Under the pieces are notes generated by a model. That model worked only from the letters and a program-made list of their open reading frames with translations, did no database searches and was not told the origin of the DNA. From a virus (taxonomy: Duplodnaviria > Caudoviricetes), in IMG/VR virus record IMGVR_UViG_3300009424_000011, positions 32,805 through 96,804 of that record: a DNA stretch of 64,000 nucleotides. One strand, given 5' to 3'. Made by a program: the position numbers and the translations under genes. Positions 20,673 to 32,400 of this stretch are shown here, one piece after another (position 1 is the stretch's first letter; every line of letters begins with the position of its first letter).

Positions 20673-23600
20673 ACTCTTGTTCCTGCGAAACTCACCGAAA
20701 GGTTAGCTAATTCACTAACATCAGATGGACTAACCACTGACAAACGGTCTCCAGCAACAAACGATGCACCCTCAGCGGCTACGAATGTTCCTGTATTTTC
20801 TCCAAAAGCGAAGCTTACGGTTCCGATAACCGTGTCATTCTTCTTGATCTGGAAAGTCACAGGACCGATGGGTGTGATATTTGCGTAAGCGAACGATCCT
20901 TCGAAATTGATTGGGAGCGTGAAGTCCCGTGTAGCGGTGTAGGTGAACACTTCGAAAAGACCCGGAGGAACACCTTGGAAATACGAAGAAATATCGAAGT
21001 CCAATAAGGTGGAGGTCACCACACCAATTAGAGAGACAACTGCTGAGTATCGTCCGGGGCCGGTGGCGGAAGAAGTGGCGTTGTCTTGGATTATGACCGG
21101 TGGGTTGTTCGAAATACGACCAAAAACGCTTGAGCCATTAGCGGCGTTGACAGACGCCAATGTCGTCCAGTTTGCTGGTAAGCTGTTGTTTGAAGCTGCT
21201 CGATTGAAGGCAAAACCAAGTGCCAAATCTCGGTCAGAAGAACTATCACCATTCAAAGGAATGGTAGATGCAGCCGAACCACTTCGGAACCCAGTTACGC
21301 TGCGAATACCGGCCACTGTGCTACCAACGATGCTGACTGCTTGGACCACGCCGTTGAACGAGCCTCCAAAAGTTACGGTCACAGACCCGGACGATATATC
21401 AGCAGGTGTCATGATGCGTCCAAGCACAGCACCGTTTGATCCTGTTCCAATAAGGTTTGCGTATTGTGACCAACCAACAGGTGCTAAGGTTTCCCAGCCA
21501 TGTCCTGTGAAAATAAGAACCAAATCACCAGCCACCGTCCCGCTCGGCCAATTGACCACAACGGAATTTGCGTTGAAAGCCTGTGCCGCGCTGGTTGCCC
21601 GGATACTAGGTGGGTTCGCCAAAGAGCTACCTACAACCCCACCGCCGGAACCACCGGTGACGTTGATCTCGACTTCACCTGCACCTGAATCGGTAACGGT
21701 AACACCGTCGCCGGTAAAGTTCAGGCGCGAAGCCTCGGAGATGACTTCCACCCCTTCATCTTCGATCGCCACAGCGCCGCCGCCGCCGCCCCCGCCTCCA
21801 CCGGGGATGTTGACTTCTACCTGACCACTACCAGCGTCAGTGACAGTTACCCCGGCACCAACGAAGTTTATGCGGGCTGCCTCAGGGACGACCTCAACGC
21901 CTTCGTCGTCGATCCCTACAGCGCCATTACCGCCGCTGAAATAGGTCTGAGCGTAGCGGAACTGAAACCAATTAACGTAGGGAGAGTTGGAAGTGCTTCC
22001 CGCTGTCTTGGTGAATCGATAATATCTGAAAGCCGCCAAATTGGCGAACTCACGTTCAAGGTAGACAAGGCCGGCGACAGTGATAGGGGTCCAGTCCCAA
22101 CCAGCATCAACGTCTACCCAGTTAACGTCATCGTTGCTCCCTTGGAAGCTCCACGTTCCCTGAGAAACACCGTTATTTTGGAAAATGCGAAACCCTTGAA
22201 TGATCTTGGTATCACCCGATCCGAAATCGATCTTGACGATCTGTGATCCAGAAGAGCTTGAGAAGTAAAAATCATTCCGTGGCATCGTATCAAACGATGC
22301 TGAGATATTTCCCCCCCCCAGTCCGGAGAAGGTGATTTCAGCGCCGGGCTCCCAGCGTTGACCATATTTCCACGGGTTCTCATCGATCGTGAACGTGCTT
22401 CCGTCCGCGATTAAGGAATCAACTGTGATCGTGTTCGCCACATCATCGTGGGTGATCAGGATGTTGCTTCCCGCCACCAGCGCGGTAGCGATGGTGTCCC
22501 GGACGAACTCAGGGTCCGAAGCGGCCGTGATCGTGATCGTATCAGCCGCGTCGTTCGGGGTAATGGTGATGTTAGCCCCGGCCACCAGAGCCGAAGCCAT
22601 GGTGTCTCGGATCGTTTCCGGGTTTGTCGCCGAACTGATCGTGATCGTGTTGGCCGCATCGTTGACATCGACAGTGATGTTCGTGCCAGCCACCAGCGTA
22701 GCACCGATCGTGTCGCGCACCGCTTCGGCATCCAGACCGCCGGATGCTGCGATGGTGATCGTATCGCCTAGATCATTTACAGTGATCGTGACATTGGCAC
22801 CGGCCACCAGCGCGGTCCCAATCACATCACGCACGATTTCCGGGTCGGTCGAGCCTCCCCCGCCCCCGCCAGTCGCGGTGATTGTGATGGTATTTCCCGC
22901 GTCGTTCGGTGTGATGGTGATGCCATCACCAGCCACCAAGGCGGAACCAATCGTGTCGCGAATGACTTCCTGATCCATCGCCACCGAAACGGTGATGGTG
23001 TTCGCTGCGTCGTTGTGGACGATCGTAACGTTCGAGCCCGCGACCAGAGCGGAAGAGATCGTGTCCCGGACAACTTCCGGGTCGGTGGTCGAGTCGATCG
23101 TAATCGTGTCGGCTGCGTCGTTCACGTTGATCGTGATATTGTTCCCAGCGGCCAGCGTAGCGCCAACCACATCGCGGACTTGCTCAGCGTCCAGACCTCC
23201 TCCGCCCCCGCCTCCGAGCGAGTCTATCGTGATGGTTCCGGTCACGTCGTCATAGGTGATCAAGGTGTTCGAGCCGGCCACCAAGGTGTCCGCTACGATG
23301 TCTTGAATGACCTCGGTGTCCATCGTCGCAGCAAGCGAGATAGTGTTCGCCGCGTCATTGACGCTGATCGCCATGTTGGCACCGGCCACGAGAGACGCAC
23401 CGATAGTGTCGCGAACCCCTTCGGCATCCAACGCACTAGTCGAGATCGTGATCGTATCCCCAGCATCATTGATCGACCACGACAGGTTTGTCCCGGCGCG
23501 TAGCGCCGCTCCTATCGTATCCCGAACCTGTTCGGCATCCAGACCGATCGAAGCAGCCGAGATGGTGATCGTGTTTGCCGCATCGTTGTTGACGATCGTA

Positions 23601-25360
23601 ACGTTGGTGCCGGCCACCAAAGCTGTTGCCAGCGCATCGCGGGCGTTCTCGTCGGTGTAAGTAACCGGCGGTGTAATCCATTCGATACCACTGGCATCCG
23701 GCTTGACCGCCAGTAGCTTGTTCTCATTACCGATGATCGGCGGAATATCTTCCGCGCCCACGCCGCCTGACGACACAGTGTCGCCAAACACATCGTAGAC
23801 ATCGACAGCTACGCGCTTGATCCGCACGGTGCCATTTAAGGGCACAATGAGCGATCCACCGGCCGGTGCATTCACTGTTACGCCCGGTGCCGGGACAATG
23901 CTCAAGGCGGCTCCGACCGCCACGTAGACATACCACTCACCATCCGCTGGAGTCGGATGATCGATGTTCGCTCGGATATTGAGTGTCTTGGTGCCTTCGT
24001 TGATGTAGCGCCGATACTGGAAGGTCTGAGAAGCATCGAGATTGCTGGTGGTCGTGTTGTCTGAAACGACCTCGGCGTTGATCTTCAACCACTCGCCGTC
24101 GATCCGACCATACAGCGATCCGTTCGACGGGGCTTCCTCAAGGAAGTCCAGCGGGATACCATTGATCTTGAACGTCTGGGGAACCCCAGATTCCCAAGGT
24201 GCCGGCGAGCGGTCACCTAAGCTGATCCAAGCGCTTCCGTCCCAATACTGGATCAGGAAGCGTGTGGTGCCGTATTGCGGGAAGGAGTCGATCGAAGACA
24301 GCCGAACGCGGCGCGGAGCCACAGGAGCCCCAAAGTCGTATTCGATCCAGACTTCACCGACGTAGGTGGCTTCGGTCAGCCAGCCGTCAGCCGGGTCAGT
24401 GTTGTTGTTGAATGCCCGGCTCGGTTCGTTTCCCGTCAGGAAGTTGGAAGCCGTAGCGGTCCCGGTCCCGGTGAGATCGATTCCATCCTGATCCAAGAAC
24501 TCGACTTCACCGAAGCCTACCTGATCGGTCTGCTCAATGAACTCAGGGTCTCCCGGCTCCACACCCGGAGGGTTCTCAGGCCACACACCCGGCTCAAGCA
24601 GGAGGATGCGCCAGCGGCTGGCTTCTTGGAAGTTGACCGCTTCGGCGTCCGACGCTTCCACGAACTCAAGGCCAGTGGCAAGATCATTTACCCTAACGAG
24701 CTTTCCACCTTGCCCAGCATAGCTGGCCGGTGTGTCGGATAGCTCTGTGAAAGCACCAGCAAAATCAATTTCTGACCACTCGACACCGGTGGCTCCGGAA
24801 TTGACTTTCAAGAATCGGTTAGCGTTACCTGCGAGTGTCGGGAACACAGCGGCGTCCGTGAACTCCAGAGCGGTTTCGGTCTCGTTGACGGACAAAAACT
24901 TCCCAGTCTGACCGGTGAAAGTCTCAGGGGCATCAGTCAGGGACAGAAACGTAATGACGCTCGGCGGTTCAGCCGCAACGCTCATGTCGAGCCCATCAGC
25001 GGCACTGATCAGGCGCGACTCTCCGTTCGGGATCGTGACGGTATCACCACCACCCGAAACAAAGCGAACGGTAAGGCCGTGGCCGCTAACATTCCGAACC
25101 ACGATCACACGATTGTATGGGTTACCGTTGACCTCGATCGGAAAAAGCAACTCACTGGCTTCTGTTGCCCCGGCGGCTGTGAAAATGAAGTTCCGTGTTG
25201 CTTCGGGGACGCTCAGAGTAACGTTACCAGCAGCCATCGACACGGCCAACTTTGCGTTGGTCGCGTTTTCCAACGCGATGATCGCGTCGTTGATCGTGGT
25301 CTCTTTCCCGTTCTGAGAAGTCGAAACCTGCGTGATACCGAGGATGGGTGTGCTGGGCAT
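20669..25360 (-). CDS. long tail fibre with internal repeats and two discoidin/F5-8-like domains
   Basis: N-terminal adaptor paralogous to 28978-29379; 11 repeats of about 36 aa; WIEYDFG and KIDFG...SFQGSND discoidin-like segments. Confidence 0.75.
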   Translation of the reverse strand: MPSTPILGITQVSTSQNGKETTINDAIIALENATNAKLAVSMAAGNVTLSVPEATRNFIFTAAGATEASELLFPIEVNGNPYNRVIVVRNVSGHGLTVRFVSGGGDTVTIPNGESRLISAADGLDMSVAAEPPSVITFLSLTDAPETFTGQTGKFLSVNETETALEFTDAAVFPTLAGNANRFLKVNSGATGVEWSEIDFAGAFTELSDTPASYAGQGGKLVRVNDLATGLEFVEASDAEAVNFQEASRWRILLLEPGVWPENPPGVEPGDPEFIEQTDQVGFGEVEFLDQDGIDLTGTGTATASNFLTGNEPSRAFNNNTDPADGWLTEATYVGEVWIEYDFGAPVAPRRVRLSSIDSFPQYGTTRFLIQYWDGSAWISLGDRSPAPWESGVPQTFKINGIPLDFLEEAPSNGSLYGRIDGEWLKINAEVVSDNTTTSNLDASQTFQYRRYINEGTKTLNIRANIDHPTPADGEWYVYVAVGAALSIVPAPGVTVNAPAGGSLIVPLNGTVRIKRVAVDVYDVFGDTVSSGGVGAEDIPPIIGNENKLLAVKPDASGIEWITPPVTYTDENARDALATALVAGTNVTIVNNDAANTITISAASIGLDAEQVRDTIGAALRAGTNLSWSINDAGDTITISTSALDAEGVRDTIGASLVAGANMAISVNDAANTISLAATMDTEVIQDIVADTLVAGSNTLITYDDVTGTITIDSLGGGGGGGLDAEQVRDVVGATLAAGNNITINVNDAADTITIDSTTDPEVVRDTISSALVAGSNVTIVHNDAANTITVSVAMDQEVIRDTIGSALVAGDGITITPNDAGNTITITATGGGGGGSTDPEIVRDVIGTALVAGANVTITVNDLGDTITIAASGGLDAEAVRDTIGATLVAGTNITVDVNDAANTITISSATNPETIRDTMASALVAGANITITPNDAADTITITAASDPEFVRDTIATALVAGSNILITHDDVANTITVDSLIADGSTFTIDENPWKYGQRWEPGAEITFSGLGGGNISASFDTMPRNDFYFSSSSGSQIVKIDFGSGDTKIIQGFRIFQNNGVSQGTWSFQGSNDDVNWVDVDAGWDWTPITVAGLVYLEREFANLAAFRYYRFTKTAGSTSNSPYVNWFQFRYAQTYFSGGNGAVGIDDEGVEVVPEAARINFVGAGVTVTDAGSGQVEVNIPGGGGGGGGGAVAIEDEGVEVISEASRLNFTGDGVTVTDSGAGEVEINVTGGSGGGVVGSSLANPPSIRATSAAQAFNANSVVVNWPSGTVAGDLVLIFTGHGWETLAPVGWSQYANLIGTGSNGAVLGRIMTPADISSGSVTVTFGGSFNGVVQAVSIVGSTVAGIRSVTGFRSGSAASTIPLNGDSSSDRDLALGFAFNRAASNNSLPANWTTLASVNAANGSSVFGRISNNPPVIIQDNATSSATGPGRYSAVVSLIGVVTSTLLDFDISSYFQGVPPGLFEVFTYTATRDFTLPINFEGSFAYANITPIGPVTFQIKKNDTVIGTVSFAFGENTGTFVAAEGASFVAGDRLSVVSPSDVSELANLSVSFAGTRV
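22412..23656 (-). repeat. 11 tandem repeats of about 36 aa (D.E.VRDTIG.ALVAG.N.TIT.NDAANTITI) in the fibre
   Basis: Counted in the translation; poly-Gly linkers separate some units. Confidence 0.85.
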
Positions 25361-25383
25361 TAGGGCTCTCTATGAGGCGACAG

Positions 25384-25412
25384 TGTATAGTCAAAATGTC
25401 GCTGGATGTCAA
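25384..25412 (-). promoter_or_regulatory. promoter of the long fibre gene with CAGCGACATT box
   Basis: TTGACA-TC-CAGCGACATT-TTGAC-TATACA. Confidence 0.65.
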
Positions 25413-28400
25413 TAAAATTCGGTCTGGTTCCAGCGTCCCTCACCTACCCGCTCGAAAGCGATCCACTTGGCGATGCCATCCACCACACCTTGTTCGGTGA
25501 TCCGGGCCACAAAATTTGTGGATGATCCCAGTGTCGAGAGTGGGAAGCTGATTTCCAACGGAAGGTCTTGCCCGTTGGAATCAAAGATCGGGACATGCTC
25601 AACCAGCGTAGGTGGGAGGTTTGTATCGATCACCTCGAAGCCTCGACCCGGCCACACCTGACAGGCGATCTTGGACGTTTGCTTTGCACCTTCCTTGAAG
25701 TGGATGTTGCTAATCCCATCCTGCAACGGAGCAATAATCCGCGAACGACGTTGAACCATGATGGTGATGTCAGAACCATCGTCGTCGATCTTGATGTCTT
25801 CCGGGGTGTAAGGCATGAGATCGCGAGGCTGGAGGTCTGCCCGGACTGGGATTGCATCTGCAATAATCTGCCCAGCGGTGACAGCAACGATCTCAGTCGT
25901 AGTCACGTAGGATTCCGGCGGCCGGACAAACGAGGTAATTGCCTGTGGTTCCAGAAGCAGAAAGAGTTCGTTCGGCTTGTGACTACGCAACGCATAGTTG
26001 GTGCCGCGTCGCGCCCGACGGAGCCCGGTCAGCCACCACTCACCGTTGGGCTGCTGAACAGCGTCCCGGAACTGAATGACTTCCTCACCAACCAAGGCCG
26101 CGTTCATGTCGAAGTTGAGCATGTCTAGTTGCGTCACAGACTCAAGCTCATCGTTGGGGTTGTTCAATACTACCCGCAAGACAGTAGTTTCATCCGTCGA
26201 TTCGTAAGCCGTGGTGTAGGGGAGTTCGTTGATCACCACCCCACGCGTAGTGTCGGCTCCGATGAACCCAATCCGCTGATCTTCGATACCATCGTAGACA
26301 TAGATTGCTGCTCCACTGAAAGTGAAGGCATTTGTTCCAGCGGAAACGAAACATACAGATGAACCACTTGTGTCGTAATCTTCATCCCGCAATAACGGTG
26401 TGTTAATCACGATCGGATAGGCTGGGTAACCATCTTCAATTGTTTGCTCAGGGGATTCGACCCGGCTACCTACTTTGGTCGAGACATAGGCGCTGGCTTT
26501 CTCAGTCACCCCGGACGCTTCGATCGAGAAGTCCTGCCCGATCGTAACCTCAGTCAAGCGTGTGAAATAGACAGCCTTATCGGTGGTGATCGTGATCACG
26601 TCCGAAGGCTCATATTTCAGGTAGCGCCACGGCAAGCTGAATTGCAGTCCGACGCGGTTTGCCCACGCCATCTTGAGAAGCTTGTCAGCCGATTGCTTAG
26701 CCATATCCGGCGTCCATACCAGCGGCAAGTCAATGATGTCTTCCTTGGCCGTCCACATGGTCGGAAATGGGCCGGAATTGCGGCGAGACGACTGCGATCC
26801 CTGTTGGTGATCACGCGAAGTATCATAGTAGTTCACCGTGACCTTGAGAGGCATTTCAAGTTCCTGAACAAGGTTCTCCTTGATCATCTCGTCGCCCGGC
26901 CGAGCAAGCCAATCTTGTGGAATGACAACTTCGGAGTCGCGTCCTCGCGTCCGGAACTTGAGCTTGTAGTCACTCTCGAACGCGTCGAACATATAACCAG
27001 TAGCCAACTGCTTTAGAGCATCGGCTGCTGACGATTGCCGATCAATGGAAAAACCAATGATCTCCTCGTTGAACAATCCGGTGGTGTCAACATCATCAAC
27101 AGTCAGAACGTTGGACTTCGTAGCAATATCCCTGACCACATCAGAAAGTCTGACAGCTTTCGCACTGTCGTTGAACCAGATACGACGGAAATTGTATCTG
27201 GTTGTAGTGATAATACTACCGCTAACATCATCCCAGTATTGCCGACCGCTGATATAGATAGGGCCACCCCAAGTGCTACCATAAGGAACGTCTTTTACGA
27301 TCGAACCATCCTGTAGGCTGATCTGCTGCAAGTTTACTTTAAAGTTACGGTTAAGGCTATCAGCAATGTAACCAAAAGTTCCACCATTTAAGCGGGACCA
27401 TTGCATAGGGCCACTTGGGACTATGATTTCCGGGTCGGCATTGATGAATTTATATAACCCCGTTAGCGGATTATATTTGAATGCAACAGCGATGGATCGT
27501 GTTCCATCGTTCGAGCGACCAACAGAGAAAAAATGTCCGTCAGATGGATCGTAAAGACAAAGCGATGCAATGTAAGTTTCACCCGGTAACGGACGCAACG
27601 TCGTGTTGAAAGCAAGGCTACCACCTTGTCTCCAAAAGACATTTCCGTTATTATCAGGCGGAGCTAAGGTAAACCCTCCAATCCCACCGCTCAAGAAGTC
27701 AGCGATCTGGAGGCCGTTGTTTCCATTACGCCAGCCCCACACAGAGCCAAGGGCTGGGAACAAGTGTTGCGGAGACCAAGCTGATTCATACCAGCCCACC
27801 GGTTGCCCGCCCGGTGTGATGATCCAGTTATCGCGTGTCCACCCTGCCAGAACGATGTATCGCCCATCCAAGGTTGCGGTAGCTTGGTTACCAAAATTAG
27901 CACCCATAGCTAAAGCACCTTGGTCCGGTCCACTCTGGACATAAAATCCAGACAGAGAGCGGGAACCAACACCTACAAGATTGATACGAGCGCCAGTGCT
28001 GAGGCTATAAATGGCTAATGGACGCGAGTTACCAGACCCGGCGTCCTCGAAGAAAATACCAGCCCAAGGCGCAAAGCCATAGCGTTTAGTCAACCACATA
28101 TCCGATCCCGACCAACTCTGCATTTGCTGCATGGTATTGAGATCAAACACCTGTGTGGTGTCATCCCCGATGATGCTGGAATAGACTTTGCCGTTTTCCC
28201 AGTCAGGAAACCAGAATCGTCCATCGGGCCGCTCTACCGGGCCGGCCGGTCCTTCTTTGACTTCGACAGAAGGAAAAGATTCGGCAGGAGCCTTAGTGAC
28301 TTCCATTGTGAACTGGGGAATCCGGTTACCGAAATCCTCAAGCTGGAGTCGCTCAAACACGACATAAGCCAAGCCGCGATGAGCCGAGACGTTCCCAACA

Positions 28401-28957
28401 CCCTTATCGGCTTCGATCAGGGAGTCTGGAAGCTGCTCTTCGTTACCGAGGTAGATACGCATATTGACCCGCTTCTTCTTTGTGCTTCCGGTTCGGAAGG
28501 ACAGAAGAATGGGTGCGAGAATACCTGACTGACCTGCGTTGAGCGGGTTACGGGTGCCATTGCTGCTGACATCGTAAATGAGCTTGCTGTCAGCCCAGAT
28601 ACGAAGAACTTCCCGGATCGGGCCCTTACACAGTCCTAGGGCAAAGGAAGCATCGTAGGAGTAGGTTTCGATCTTCGGGCCACCCTTACCGGCGCGGCGT
28701 GTCTTCTTGGTTTCCTTGATCCCGGTTGTCCAGATCAAGTTCGTGCTGAGCCGAACGGTTCCGTAGATTTCAGGGATCGCAATCCCGTAGGTCGAGGAGG
28801 AAACCTTGAGATCGTTGAGGCGCGGTCCCTTGATGGTCGGACCGAACAAGGTAGCACCAATCATACCACCAAGTGCCATACCGATCGACGCGCCCATCGG
28901 GCCGCCGATCAAGAAGCCGATGACGCCGCCGGCGATGGTGGTAACAAGTTGACCCAT
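25409..28957 (-). CDS. tail tip / host-specificity protein (GTA-like, J-like), paralog 2
   Basis: GPRLNDL.V..STYG..IPEIYGTVR, IWADSK, AHRGLAYVVFE.L.LE.FGNRIPQ and RARRGT motifs. Confidence 0.85.
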   Translation of the reverse strand: MGQLVTTIAGGVIGFLIGGPMGASIGMALGGMIGATLFGPTIKGPRLNDLKVSSSTYGIAIPEIYGTVRLSTNLIWTTGIKETKKTRRAGKGGPKIETYSYDASFALGLCKGPIREVLRIWADSKLIYDVSSNGTRNPLNAGQSGILAPILLSFRTGSTKKKRVNMRIYLGNEEQLPDSLIEADKGVGNVSAHRGLAYVVFERLQLEDFGNRIPQFTMEVTKAPAESFPSVEVKEGPAGPVERPDGRFWFPDWENGKVYSSIIGDDTTQVFDLNTMQQMQSWSGSDMWLTKRYGFAPWAGIFFEDAGSGNSRPLAIYSLSTGARINLVGVGSRSLSGFYVQSGPDQGALAMGANFGNQATATLDGRYIVLAGWTRDNWIITPGGQPVGWYESAWSPQHLFPALGSVWGWRNGNNGLQIADFLSGGIGGFTLAPPDNNGNVFWRQGGSLAFNTTLRPLPGETYIASLCLYDPSDGHFFSVGRSNDGTRSIAVAFKYNPLTGLYKFINADPEIIVPSGPMQWSRLNGGTFGYIADSLNRNFKVNLQQISLQDGSIVKDVPYGSTWGGPIYISGRQYWDDVSGSIITTTRYNFRRIWFNDSAKAVRLSDVVRDIATKSNVLTVDDVDTTGLFNEEIIGFSIDRQSSAADALKQLATGYMFDAFESDYKLKFRTRGRDSEVVIPQDWLARPGDEMIKENLVQELEMPLKVTVNYYDTSRDHQQGSQSSRRNSGPFPTMWTAKEDIIDLPLVWTPDMAKQSADKLLKMAWANRVGLQFSLPWRYLKYEPSDVITITTDKAVYFTRLTEVTIGQDFSIEASGVTEKASAYVSTKVGSRVESPEQTIEDGYPAYPIVINTPLLRDEDYDTSGSSVCFVSAGTNAFTFSGAAIYVYDGIEDQRIGFIGADTTRGVVINELPYTTAYESTDETTVLRVVLNNPNDELESVTQLDMLNFDMNAALVGEEVIQFRDAVQQPNGEWWLTGLRRARRGTNYALRSHKPNELFLLLEPQAITSFVRPPESYVTTTEIVAVTAGQIIADAIPVRADLQPRDLMPYTPEDIKIDDDGSDITIMVQRRSRIIAPLQDGISNIHFKEGAKQTSKIACQVWPGRGFEVIDTNLPPTLVEHVPIFDSNGQDLPLEISFPLSTLGSSTNFVARITEQGVVDGIAKWIAFERVGEGRWNQTEFY

Positions 28958-28977
28958 GGGTTTTGGCTATCTGATAA

Positions 28978-29379
28978 TTAAGGCGCAGAAACCGCGATCA
29001 TGTCCAACCCGTTGACAGCGAGAATCAAGCGGGCCTGTCCGTCCGGGATTTCCACGGCAGCACCAGCCCCGGTCTCGAAGCTTACAGTCAGAACAGCGCC
29101 GCTGGTGTTGCGGACGCAGACGACCCGGTTGAAGTTCGCAGCACCGATCGTGTTCGGGAATCGCAAAGTGCTTACTCCCGTCGCGTCGATCGCGGTGTAG
29201 ATGAAGTTTCGGGTAGCTTGGGTCTGGGTCAGAACAACGTCGTTGCTGCTCGTAAAGGAAACATCCAGATTCGCATTCGTCGCATTTTCCAATGCGAGGA
29301 TCGAGTCGTTGATGGTGATCTCTTTGTTGTTCTGAGAGGCCGAAACCTGCGGGATGTTGAGGAGCGGCGTGTTGGGCAT
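28978..29379 (-). CDS. stand-alone tail fibre adaptor domain protein
   Basis: MPNTPLLNIPQVSASQNNKEITINDSILALENATNA is nearly identical to the N-terminus of 20669-25360. Confidence 0.75.
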   Translation of the reverse strand: MPNTPLLNIPQVSASQNNKEITINDSILALENATNANLDVSFTSSNDVVLTQTQATRNFIYTAIDATGVSTLRFPNTIGAANFNRVVCVRNTSGAVLTVSFETGAGAAVEIPDGQARLILAVNGLDMIAVSAP

Positions 29380-29401
29380 CGGCTATCCTAAATGAGGAGA
29401 G

Positions 29402-29430
29402 TGTATAGGGAAAATGGCGGTGGTTGTCAA
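29402..29430 (-). promoter_or_regulatory. promoter with CACCGCCATT box
   Basis: TTGACA-AC-CACCGCCATT-TTCCC-TATACA. Confidence 0.7.
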
Positions 29431-32400
29431 TATAATTCGAGGAGGTCCCACCCGGCTGGACCATTTCGGATGGCTTGCACCCACTTGGGCGTGCCTGTCA
29501 CTTCACCGATCTCTGCGAGTTGGATCAGGATCATGTCCTCGGCACCCAGAGAAGCCACAGGGAAGGTTGCTTCCACAGGGATGTCTTGACCGGCGGCGTC
29601 GAACAAATAGTTTGTCAAGGTCAGGTCTGGATCACCGACGGTGTTCACATCGGACAACCCCTTGCCGAACCAGACCTTGGTAACGATCCGGGCGCTGAGC
29701 ATATCCCCTTCCTTGTAGTGAATGGTGCCCAGACCGTCTCTGAGAGGCGCTGTGACACGCGAGCGGCGTTCGGCGCTGATCACTACATCAGTGGCGTCAT
29801 CGGTCACCTTGACCGCCTCAGGGGTGTAAGGCATGAGGTCTCGCGGGATCAAGTCCACCGAGATAGGCACCACGTCCGACAACGGCACTGAAACAGGGGC
29901 TGCCTTGAACAACCGAGTTGTCACATAGCTCTCAGGCGGGCGAGAGAATTTTCCCGTCGAGAGGCTGTTGACCAACAGGAAGTTCTCACCCGGCTGGTGG
30001 CCCAGCACAGCGTAGTTGGTGCCCCGACGGGCACGCAGGATGCCGGTCAGCGCCCACTCTCCGGTCGGCAGCAGTGTTGCGTCCCGAAACTGGATGATTT
30101 CATTTCCGATCAAGGCCGAGTTGGCTTCGAAATTCAGGATGTCATCCTGAGTGACCGACTCAAGCTCCATGCTTGGATCGGACAGCCGCACCCTCAGGAC
30201 CGTGGTGTCGTCGGTGGCTTCGTAGCTATTCGTATCCGGAAGAGCCTCTACGACGTATCCTGTGGTCGTCTGGCTATCGATGACACCAACGGACTGATAG
30301 TCGCTACCGTCATCGATATACACTGCCGCCCCGTTGAAGGTGACTTCATTGGTGCCGGCCGAAAAGTAGCAGATAGAGGAGCCAGTGGTGTCGTAATCGA
30401 CATCACGCAGCAGCGGTGTATTCATGATGATCGGGAAGGCCGTCCCATCACCCTCAACGGTCTGGATAGGAGCCGGCGACTGGGCCCCGGTCGCGGTCGA
30501 GACATAAGCGGTCGCAACTTCGCTAACCGCCATCGCCTCGATCGAAAAGCTGGACCCGATGTTCGCTTCGGTCAGACGCAGATTGTAAGTCGTCTGGTTT
30601 TCCATCGTGATGGTGACGACATCGGTCGGATCATATTTCAGATAGCGCCACGGCAAGCTGAACTGATGACCGATCCGATTTGCCCACGCCATCTTGAGCA
30701 ACTTGTCTGCACACTGCTTGGCCGAGTCCGCGTCCCATGTGATGGGCAGGTCGATCAAGTCTTCCTTGGCCGTCCACATGGTCGGGTAAGGGGCAACCTT
30801 GCGCTTCGCGGTCTGGCTGTTCTGCTGGTGATCGCGAGCAATGTCGTAATAGTTGACGCTGATCCGAACCGGCATTTCAAGCTCTTGCGTGATGGTCTCT
30901 TTGATGACACCATCCTCGCCTTCCCGGACCATCCAGTCTTCCGGGATGTTGACAACCGAATCCCCGCCCCGCGAGCGGAACTTGAGCTTGTAGTCACTTT
31001 CGTAGCCGTCAAACAGAAACGCTGTAGCCATCTGCTTCAAGGCGTCGCGAGCCGTGGTCATCCGGTCGAGAGAATAACCGACCAGAGGCGAGGCATCCAG
31101 TTCAGTGATGTCAATGTCTTCTGGTGCCAAGACACCAGTGCGGAGACAGATGTCCTCGACAATAGCTGGAACGGTCACCTGTGACACGCTGTCACTCACG
31201 CGCAGTCGGTAGCTATTCGTTTCCCCTCCGACGATCCTGTCGGCGAAGATGCTGTCCGTTTCATCATCCCAATACTGGTCCCCGTCGCCGGTCAAGCCGG
31301 AGCCAAAATCGTCCTGTGCCTCAAAGAGATTTTCAAGGCCGCCGGTTTGCAGACTCACTTGATTGACTGTGGGAGCCCCAACAACCGGTTTACCTACCCA
31401 TCCGAATGTGCCACCGGCGACCCTAGAGGCGCGCATGTTCTGCGTCAGGCCACGAGGGACAGGCGTGCCAGCGTGTCTAACCAGAAACTTGTAGGTCTCG
31501 GTCGCCATCGAGTATTTGAACACGATGACGCCGCCGCCGTTGCCGAACGAACCCATGTCATTGTATTTGTCAGGATCGACACCCAGACAGAAGAAGTGAT
31601 CATCGGTTGGATCATAGACCAGAACCAGCGGCTGGAATTTCTCATCGGGGTATGGTTTGAGGTTGATGGTTTTCAACTCAAAGTCTTCTTGAGGAACCCA
31701 CGTCGTGGTCGCGCCATCAGATATGGTGGTATAGTTCGCGGATGATCCGATCTTGACCTCGAACATTTCGAGGCGATCGTTGGCAAACCGCCAACCGATG
31801 ATCTGCGAGTTGGGCGCGTCACGTCGTCCTTCGAGGAATACGTCTGGCTGGAACGGAGCATCGACCTCGTTGAGCAGACGGCCTTCGCTGTCCATCAAGA
31901 AAGTCTTGCCGGTCGTGTCGGTATGGACGACGTGCAGGCCGCCTGACGTTCCTGACACAAATCGGCCGTGTCCGATCTTGCCATTCGTTGCCAGTGTTAT
32001 ATCCTGCTCCTCCGGGTCCCAAATGTTGGAAGTTCCGGTGGAGGAATTGTATTCCTTGATCTTTGTCAGAATCGCAGTGTTGTAATAGGAGAAACCTACC
32101 CCGCTGGGGAAGTTGGCAACCAGCAATCCGTTTTGACCATCAACCAGACTGTAGGACTTGTCGCTCAGATCGAAGTCCATCGACTCGTCTTCTGCAATCA
32201 AGGTGTTGTCCGCTGTGTTGTAGAGCTTGGTGCCACCCCCGCTTCTGTCGAAGCTGAGCAAACGCCCGGACGCAAAGTCTGGGAGCCAATCGCGGTTTGC
32301 AGTGTCCTCGACGACGCCGCTGCGATCACGCACGGGAAGGGCAGACAACCCACGCGTTCTCGCCTTGGTAACCTCGAAGGTCATCTGAGGAATGCGATTA

